The notes under the pieces were generated by a model. That model worked only from the letters and a program-made list of their open reading frames with translations. It was not told where the DNA came from and made no database searches. Positions 54,540-64,000 of a stretch of DNA of 64,000 nt are shown here, piece after piece (the first letter of the stretch is position 1; each line of letters begins with the position of its first letter). Location: the NCBI GenBank assembly GCA_964016885.1, contig OZ024766.1, positions 19,096,001-19,160,000 on the forward strand, given 5' to 3'. Made by a program: the position numbers and the translations under genes. This DNA is from Eledone cirrhosa. Its lineage: Eukaryota.

Positions 54540-54605
54540 CTGCTTTTAAAAGCTTCTATTAACCGTAAATCCAATATATTTTCCTCAGGTTCCCATGTAT
54601 TATAT
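54540..54605 (-). CDS. Pc: Polycomb-family chromobox protein (Cbx2/4/6/7/8-like), exon encoding the C-terminal half of the chromodomain
   Basis: ttatttcag| ... AG|GTAATG, 66 bp. YNTWEPEENILDLRLIEAFKS is the conserved Pc/Cbx chromodomain end. Not in the ORF track. Confidence 0.93.
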
Positions 54606-54689
54606 CTGAAATAAACAATAGCAATTGTGGTATCTTTATAGGCCACAAGGGCCGACAGGAAGAAAAACATTACAGATGGCACAGAACAG

Positions 54690-57672
54690 TACATAATATC
54701 TCATAACATTTACACTACTCTATATATACTATTGTATTGTCACAGTAAAGGCTTTACCTCACATAATATCTCACATAACATTTACATTACTCTATATATA
54801 CTATTGTATTGTCACAGTAAAGGCTTTACCTCATATAATATCTCATACCATTTACATTACTCTATATATACTATTGTATTGTCACAGTAAAGGCTTTACC
54901 TCACATAATACCTCACATAACATTTACATTACTCTATATATACTATTGTATTGTCACAGTAAAGGCTTTACCTCACATAATATCTCACATAACATTTACA
55001 TTACTCTATATATACTATTGTATTGTCACAGTAAAGGCTTTACCTCACATAATATCTCATAACATTTACATTACTCTATATATACTATTGTATTGTCACA
55101 GTAAAGGCTTTACCTCACATAATATCTCTCATAACATTTACATTACTCTATATATACTATTGTATTTTCACAGTAAAGGCTTTACCTCACATAATATCTC
55201 ATAACATTTACATTACTCTATATATACTATTGTATTGTCACAGTAAAGGCTTTACCTCACATAATACCTCACATAACATTTACATTACTCTATATATACT
55301 ATTGTATTGTCACAGTAAAGGCTTTACCTCACATAATACCTCACATAACATTTACATTACTCTATATATACTATTGTATTGTCACAGTAAAGGCTTTACC
55401 TCACATAATACCTCACATAACATTTACATTACTCTATATATACTATTGTATTGTCACAGTAAAGGCTTTACCTCACATAATACCTCACATAACATTTACA
55501 TTACTCTATATATACTATTGTATTGTCACAGTAAAGGCTTTACCTCACATAATACCTCACATAACATTTACATTACTCTATATATACTATTGTATTGTCA
55601 CAGTAAAGGCTTTACCTCACATAATATCTCACATAACATTTACATTACTCTATATATACTATTGTATTGTCACAGTAAAGGCTTTACCTCACATAATATC
55701 TCACATAACATTTACATTACTCTATATATACTATTGTATTGTCACAGTAAAGGCTTTACCTCACATAATATCTCATAACATTTACATTACTCTATATATA
55801 CTATTGTATTGTCACAGTAAAGGCTTTACCTCACATAATATCTCATAACATTTACATTACTCTATATATACTATTGTATTGTCACAGTAAAGGCTTTACC
55901 TCACATAATACCTCACATAACATTTACATTACTCTATATATACTATTGTATTGTCACAGTAAAGGCTTTACCTCACATAATATCTCACATAACATTTACA
56001 TTACTCTATATATACTATTGTATTGTCACAGTAAAGGCTTTACCTCACATAATACCTCACATAACATCTACATTACTCTATATATACTATTGTATTGTCA
56101 CAGTAAAGGCTTTACCTCACATAATATCTCTCATAACATTTACATTACTCTATATATACTATTGTATTGTCACAGTAAAGGCTTTACCTCACATAATACC
56201 TCACATAACATTTACATTACTCTATATATACTATTGTATTGTCACAGTAAAGGCTTTACCTCACATAATATCTCACATAACATTTACATTACTCTATATA
56301 TACTATTGTATTGTCACAGTAAAGGCTTTACCTCACATAATATCTCACATAACATCTACATTACTCTATATATACTATTGTATTGTCACAGTAAAGGCTT
56401 TACCTCACATAATATCTCACATAACATTTACATTACCCTATATATACTATTGTATTGTCACAGTAAAGGCTTTACCTCACATAATACCTCACATAACATT
56501 TACATTACTCTATATATACTATTGTATTGTCACAGTAAAGGCTTTACCTCACATAATACCTCACATAACATTTACATTACTCTATATATACTATTGTATT
56601 GTCACAGTAAAGGCTTTACCTCACATAATACCTCACATACCATTTACATTACTCTATATATACTATTGTATTGTCACAGTAAAGGCTTTACCTCACATAA
56701 TATCTCATAACATTTACATTACTCTATATATACTATTGTATTGTCACAGTAAAGGCTTTACCTCACATAACATTTACATTACTCTATATATACTATTGTA
56801 TTGTCACAGTAAAGGCTTTACCTCACATAACATTTACACTACTCTATATATACTATTGTATTGTCACAGTAAAGGCTTTACCTCACATAATATCTCACAT
56901 AGCATTTACATTACTCTATATATACTATTGTATTGTCACAGTAAAGGCTTTACCTCACATAATATCTCACATAACATTTACATTACTCTATATATACTAT
57001 TGTATTGTCACAGTAAAGGCTTTACCTCACATAATATCTCATAACATTTACATTACTCTATATATACTATTGTATTGTCACAGTAAAGGCTTTACCTCAC
57101 ATAATATCTCATAACATTTACATTACTCTATATATACTATTGTATTGTCACAGTAAAGGCTTTACCTCACATAATATCTCACATAACATTTACACTACTC
57201 TATATATACTATTGTATTGTCACAGTAAAGGCTTTACCTCACATAATATCTCACATAACATTTACATTACTCTATATATACTATTGTATTTTCACAGTAA
57301 AGGCTTTACCTCATAATATCTCACATAACATTTACATTACTCTATATATACTATTGTATTTTCACAGTAAAGGCTTTACCTCACATAATATCTCACATAA
57401 CATTTACATTACTCTATATATACTATTGTATTGTCACAGTAAAGGCTTTACCTCACATAATATCTCACATAACATTTACATTACTCTATATATTCTATTG
57501 TATTGTCACAGTAAAGGCTTTACCTCACATAATATCTCATATAACATTTACATTACTCTATATATACTATTGTATTGTCACAGTAAAGGCTTTACCTCAC
57601 ATATCTCACATAACATTTACATTACTCTATATATACTATTGTATTGTCACAGTAAAGGCTTTACCTCACATA
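54690..57672 (+). repeat. 72-bp satellite, third array, in a Cbx intron
   Basis: Same unit as 18672-20855. Confidence 0.95.
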
Positions 57673-57799
57673 TCAAATCTATGAGATTTTGAGAATAATA
57701 CATTCACATCAGTATGAGTGGCCAGTTACAGCCAATTTGAATAAAAAGAGGTGAGAGAATTCTAGCTGGATATGGAAGGTTTAAATGCTAAGGGTTAAA

Positions 57800-57833
<34 letters not shown>

Positions 57834-57873
57834 ACAGCCACCCATATACACTAATAAACAAAATGACACACAC

Positions 57874-58082
<209 letters not shown>

Positions 58083-58332
58083 TTTATAAATAAAATAAAA
58101 ATGGCATAGGCATTACAATACAACAGGAGGAAACAATAGTACCACTGATGATGTCGCAGATGTGCAACGAAAGAACTTTGATATAAATATATATATATAG
58201 TCTATCTGTATTTTTAACCGTTGGTCAATAAATGATAAACATTAGTTGCCAAATAAATTAACTATGGAGATATAAACGATACAGAAGCGAAAAACAAACA
58301 GTGAGTGTGTTCTGTTATTATTTCTAGCAATG

Positions 58333-59790
58333 ATTCCCTGATTAACTTTTTCAAATTTCATTTGAAAAGGAAAATCAGGGTAGAGAAGGAAGTGCTCTCT
58401 TCCCAGCATTTTGTTGAAAGATGGGTGAGAGAGAAGCAAGTATGGCCCGAGTGAATCGGCCTACTCTGAGTATATATCTGTAAATTAAAGGTGGAAAACT
58501 GGGAGAGGGCACTTGCCCTGGTGGTCTTTTAATGGGCTTTCTCCACAAATGGCCAAAAGTAGAAATCATTAGGGCAGGCAGTTTTTATCTGTCTGGTGGC
58601 CATGGCGAAAGAGATAGTATTGTGGACGCGTTTGAAAGGGCTGAAGACGAGCACTTACCTCTTCGGTGATTCCCTGATTAACTTTTTCAAATTTCAATTG
58701 AAAAGGAAAATCAGGGTAGAGAGGGAAGTGCTCTCTTCCCAGCATTTTGTTGAAAGATGGGTGAGAGAGAAGCAAGTATGGCCCGAGTGAATGAGCATAC
58801 TCTGAGTATATGTGTCTGTAAATTAAAGGTGGAAAACTGGGAGAGGGCACTTGCCTTGGTGGTCAGGGTGACTGTGGTCTTTTAATGGGCTTTCTCCACA
58901 AATGGCCAAAAGTAGAAATCATTAGGGCAAACAGTTTTTATCTGTCTGGTGGCCATGGCGAAAGAGATAGTATTGTGGACGCGTTTGAAAGGGCTGAAGA
59001 CGAGCACTTACCTCTTCGGTGATTCCCTGATTGACTTTTTCAAATTTCATTTGAAAAGGAAAATCAGGGTAGAGGGGGACGTGCTCTCTTCCCAGCATTT
59101 TGTTGAAAGATGGATGAGAGAGAAGCAAGTATGGCTCGAGTGAATGGGCCTTCTCTGAGTATATGTGTCTGTAAATTAAAGGTGGAAAACTGGGAGAGGG
59201 CACTTGCCTTGGTGGTCAGGGTGACTGTGGTCTTTTAATGGGCTTTCTCCACAAATGGCCAAAAGTAGAAATCATTAGGGTAGGCAGTTTTTATCTGTCT
59301 GGTGGCCATGGCGAAAGAGATAGTATTGTGGATGCGTTTGAAAGGGCTGAAGACGAGCACTTACCTCTTCGGTGATTCCCTGATTAACTTTTTCAAATTT
59401 CATTTGAAAAGGAAAATCAGGGTAGAGGGGGACGTGCTCTCTTCCCAGCATTTTGTTGAAAGATGGGTGAGAGAAGCAAGTATGGCCCGAGTGAATGGGC
59501 CTACTCTGAGTATATGTGTCTGTAAATTAAAGGTGGAAAACTGGGAGAGGGCACTTGCCCTGGTGGTCAGGGTCACTGTGGTCTTTTAATGGGCTTTCTC
59601 CACAAATGTCCCTCGGAAGTCTCCCCCCTATTGGGGAATTTTTTCATTGTTATTTTTTTTATTACATCCTCTGTTTTTTACACGCAGAAATGCCCATTTG
59701 TACCGTCCTGTACTGTCCTGTACTGTCCTTAATGTCTACTTTATGTAAACCCTTGTGGTTAATAAAGAAAACATTATTATTATTATTATT
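58333..59790 (+). mobile_element. L1/Tx1-like LINE 3' end, with the ORF2 C-terminus amplified as ~353-bp tandem units
   Basis: AKEIVLWTRLKG...FFKFHLKRKIRVE...FVERW repeated every 353 bp; ends aataaa then (TTA)n. Confidence 0.7.
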
Positions 59791-59849
59791 ATTCCTGCAT
59801 CATTTTATTTATTAATCCTTCGTTTTAAGTCTACCTGATGTCAACAAAA

Positions 59850-59872
59850 ACATGTGTGCGTATCTGTATGTA

Positions 59873-59906
<34 letters not shown>

Positions 59907-60356
59907 TGTATGTGTATGTGGCTGCATGTGTGTGTATGTGTGTGTATGTATGTATGTGTGTTTGTGTGTGTGTGTGTATGTATGTAAGTATGTGTATGTA
60001 TGTAAGTATGTGTGTTTGTAAGTATGTGTGTGTATGTATGTATGTATGTGTCCGTGTAAGTCCGTATGCGTATGTGGCTGCATGTGTGTTTGTGTGTGTA
60101 TGTATGTATGTATGTGTCCGTGTAAGTCCGTATGTGTATGTGGCTGCTTGTGTGTGTGTGCATGTGTATGTATGTGTGTTTGTAAGTATGTGTCCGTGTG
60201 TGTATGTGTATGTGGCTGCTTGTGTGTTTGTGTGCGTGTATGTATGTATGTATGTATGTATGTATGTTTGTAAGTATGTGTCCGTATGTGTATGCTTGTG
60301 TGTGTTTGTGCGTGTGTGTGTGTGTATGTATGCGTCCGTATGTGTATGTGGCTGCT

Positions 60357-60391
<35 letters not shown>

Positions 60392-60692
60392 GTTTGTATG
60401 TATGTATGTGTCCGTGTAAGTCCGTATGTGTATGTGGCTGCTTGTGTGTGTTTGTGCGTGTGTGTGTGTGTGTGTATGTATGCGTCCGTATGTGTATGTG
60501 GCTGCTTGTGTGTGTTTGTGCGTGTGTGTGTGTGTGTATGTATGCGTCCGTATGTGTATGTGGCTGCTTGGGTGTGTTTGTAAGTATGTGTCCGTGTAAG
60601 TCCGTATGTGTATGTGTGTTTGTGTGTGTGTGTATATATGTATGTATGTATGTATGTATGTGTCCGTGTAAGTCCGTATGCGTATGTGGCTG

Positions 60693-60727
<35 letters not shown>

Positions 60728-61130
60728 GTATGTGTGTGTATGTGGCTGCTTGTGTGTGTTTGTATGTGTATGTATGTGTGTATGTGTGTGTTTGTAAGTA
60801 TGTGTATGTGTGTGTGTGTATATATGTATGTATGTATGTATGTATGTGTCCGTGTAAGTTCGTATGCGTATGTGGCTGCATGTGTGTGTGTGTGTGTGTG
60901 TAAGTATGTGTGTGTATGTGGCTGCTTGTGTGTGTTTGTATGTGTATGTATGTGTGTATGTGTGTGTTTGTAAGTATGTGTCCGTGTAAGTTCGTATGCG
61001 TATGTGTCTGCATGTGTGTTTGTATGTGTATGTATATGTGTGTATGTATGTATGTATGTATGTGTGTGTATGTATGTGTCCGTGTAAGTCCGTATGTGTA
61101 TGTGTATGCATGTGTCTGTTTGTATGTGTG
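59850..61130. repeat. (TG/TATG)n cryptic repeat with interspersed tccgtgtaagtccg and ggctgc motifs
   Basis: Composition. Confidence 0.85.
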
Positions 61131-61132
61131 TG

Positions 61133-61163
<31 letters not shown>

Positions 61164-61289
61164 GAGACTAAAGGGGAAAAATAAATGAGAGAAGAGACTG
61201 AGTTTGGAGTTGACAGCCATGTTGGAAAATATTTCAACATGAGAGATGGCGACGCGATGGCGATAGAAACGCGGACGCAGAGTGGGACA

Positions 61290-62650
61290 CAAAGTCAGGG
61301 GTCGCAACTGTATAGAGAACTACTACATACCGGACCCCGATTTAATAGCCAACGGGTATAGTTAACTGTCATAAAGTCAGGGGTCACTACTGTATATGAA
61401 AGCGCTACATACTGGACCCCGAATTAATAACCACCAGGTTAGTTAACTGTCATAAAGTCAGGGGTCACTACTGTATATGAAAGCGCTACATACTGGACCC
61501 CGAATTAATAACCACCAGTTTAGCTAAGTTACAACTGTATATAACATCAAATATCGGTCCCTGAATTAATAGCCACCAGGCGAGTTAACTGTCATAAAGT
61601 CAGGGGTCACTACTGTATATGAAAGCGCTACATACTGGACCCCGAATTAATAACCACCAGGTTAGCTAAGTTACAACTGTATATAACATCAAATATCGGT
61701 CCCTGAATTAATAGCCACCAGACTAGTTAACTGTCATAAAGTCAGGGGTCACTAGTGTATATGAAGGCGCTACATACTGGACCCCGAATTAATAACCACC
61801 AGGTTAACTAAGTTACAACTGTATATAACATCAAATATCGGTCCCCGAATTAATAGCCACCAGGCTAGCTAACTGGTCATAAAGTCAGGGGTCACAACTA
61901 TATAGACCATACCGGTCCCCGAATTCCTGGCCGTCACGGTAGATAACGTGGTCACAACTATAAATAGGAACCACTACATACCGGGCCCCGAATTAATGAT
62001 CACCGGGGTAGATACATTGGTCGCAAAGCCAAGTGTCACAACAGTATATAGAAACATTACATACCGGTCACCGAATCCATGGCCACCGGGCTAGTTAACT
62101 GTCACAAAGTCAGGGGTCACAATTGTATACAGAAACGTTACATATCGATCCCCGATTTAACGTAGCTACAAAGTCAGGGGTCACAACTGTATAGAGAGCC
62201 ACTACATACCGGTCCCCCAATTAATAGCCACCAGGCTCAGCCGGCTGTCATAAAGTCAGGGCTCACAACTGTAAAGAGAGCCACTACATACCGGTCCCCG
62301 AATTAATAGCCACCGGGCTCAGCCGGCTGTCATAAAGTCAGGGCTCACAACTGTATATAGAACGACTGCATACCGGTCCCCGAATTCGTAGCCATCATGC
62401 TCGATAAGGTGGTTACAAAGTCAGTGCTCAGAATTGTATATAGAAACACTACAAGCCGGTCCCCGATTTAATGATCAAAATGCTAGATAGCATGGCTTTA
62501 AAAAAACAACAGAGGTTAAATACGTACAGAAGTAGTCACTACATACCGGTCCCCGAATTCGTGGCCACCATGCTCGATAAGGTGGTCACAAAGTCAGTGC
62601 TCAGAATTGTATAGAGAACCACTACAAACCGGTCCCCGAATTCGTGACAC
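61290..62650. repeat. Degenerate ~78-bp tandem repeat
   Basis: aaagtcaggggtcacaactgtata...actacataccggtccccgaattaatagccacc recurs. Confidence 0.85.
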
Positions 62651-62727
62651 CCGTGCAAAACAGCTCGTTCACAGAGTCAGAGTCTAAGTCATGCCTCTGT
62701 GTCCGTGGGGGATGTGTAAGATAGCTA

Positions 62728-63842
62728 TATGACCACTTTACAGAGTGGACTGGGTGCTATTTGTCGTGTCACCTACATGACCACTTTACAGTGTGGACTG
62801 GGTGCTATTTGTTGTGACACCTACATGACCACTTTACAGAGTGGACTGGGTGCTATTTGTCACGACACCTACATGACCACTTTACAGAGTGGACTGGGTG
62901 CTTTTTGTCGTGGCACCTACATGACCACTTTACAGTGTGGACTGGGTACTTTTTGTTGTGACACCTACATGACCACTTTACAGTGTGGACTGGGTGCTGT
63001 TTGTCGTGACACCTACATGACCACTTTACAGAGTGGACTGGGTGCTTTTTGTCGTGACACCTACATGACCACTTTACAGTGTGGACTGGGTACTTTTTGT
63101 TGTGACACCTACATGACCACTTTACAGTGTGGACTGGGTGCTGTTTGTCGTGACACCTACATGACCACTTTACAGTGTGGACTGGGTGCTTTTTGTTGTG
63201 ACACCTACATGACCACTTTACAGAGTGGACTGGGTACTTTTTGTTGTGACACCTACATGACCACTTTACAGTGTGGACTGGGTACTTTTTGTTGTGACAC
63301 CTACATGACCACTTTACAGTGTGGACTGGGTACTATTTGTTGTGACACCTACATGACCACTTTACAGTGTGGACTGGGTACTTTTTGTTGTGACACCTAC
63401 ATGACCACTTTACAGTGTGGACTGGGTGCTATTTGTTGTGACACCTACATGACCACTTTACAGAGTGGACTGGGTGCTATTTGTCATGACACCTACATGA
63501 CCACTTTACAGTGTGGACTGGGTACTCTTTGTTGTGACACCTACATGACCACTTTACAGGGTGGACTGGGTACTTTTTGTTGTGACACCTACATGACCAC
63601 TTTACAGTGTGGACTGGGTACTCTTTGTTGTGACACCTACATGACCACTTTACAGGGTGGACTGGGTGCTTTTTGTCGTGACACCTACATGACCACTTTA
63701 CAGTGTGGACTGGGTACTATTTGTTGTGACACCTACATGACCACTTTACAGTGTGGACTGGGTACTTTTTGTTGTGACACCTACATGACCACTTTACAGT
63801 GTGGACTGGGTACCTTTTGTTGTGACACCTACATGACCATTC
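62728..63842. repeat. 49-bp VNTR array (variant of the SINE/RTE 50-bp unit)
   Basis: atgaccactttacagtgtggactgggtactttttgttgtgacacctac, ~22 copies. Confidence 0.9.
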
Positions 63843-63869
63843 TACAATATGGCCTAGGGGCTTGTTGTC

Positions 63870-63955
63870 GTGACACGAGGGTACATGGCTCAAGACATGA
63901 AGGAAGAGTAAGGCTTGTGGAATTCTGTGATGCAAATGAACTAACTATTCAGGGA
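63870..63955 (+). mobile_element. Degenerate RTE endonuclease-domain fragment
   Basis: RLVEFCDANELTI resembles the RTE APE motif. Confidence 0.5.
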
Positions 63956-64000
63956 ACCAACCAGCCATATGATCACGAGTCTAATGAAACCAGCCAGCCA

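Noticed and set aside
12604-57692. Long repetitive ORFs (YCHSKGFTSH..., CIYYNIQLGVQG..., YIHT/VCVY...)
   Set aside because: Open frames produced by 72-bp, 36-bp and dinucleotide repeats; open in several frames, with no splice or coding signal
58145-58180. Hammerhead-like CTGATGA...CGAAA (also 42788 and 40245)
   Set aside because: Stems I and III cannot be closed; at most decayed remnants

Overview
Eukaryotic, extremely repeat-rich animal DNA. The SINE/RTE repertoire and long (TA)n/(CA)n tracts resemble an octopus/cephalopod genome, which is an inference. Most ORFs in the track are translations of repeats. Two real minus-strand genes were reconstructed by hand from GT-AG splice sites with consistent phases. 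(1) A five-coding-exon type I membrane protein of about 1,060 aa (18541->4358/4373) with a signal peptide, a small CUB-like ectodomain, one TM helix and a long disordered tail. (2) The last three exons of a Polycomb/Cbx chromobox gene (54605->49530): chromodomain C-terminal half, AT-hook and Pc box. The rest is satellites (many are tandem amplifications of SINE, RTE, Tx1 or MITE fragments), tRNA-SINEs with an internal ~50-bp VNTR, RTE fragments (two with 5' inversions) and a mariner relic. The most striking unannotated signal lies between ~24 and 44 kb: at least five sequence families of minimal type I hammerhead ribozyme motifs of the Penelope-element type, mostly inside fold-back palindromes or direct repeats embedded in (TA)n. 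In addition, two inverted copies of a 72-bp satellite closely bracket the three ectodomain exons of gene 1; back-splicing these exons would give a 483-nt stop-free circle.
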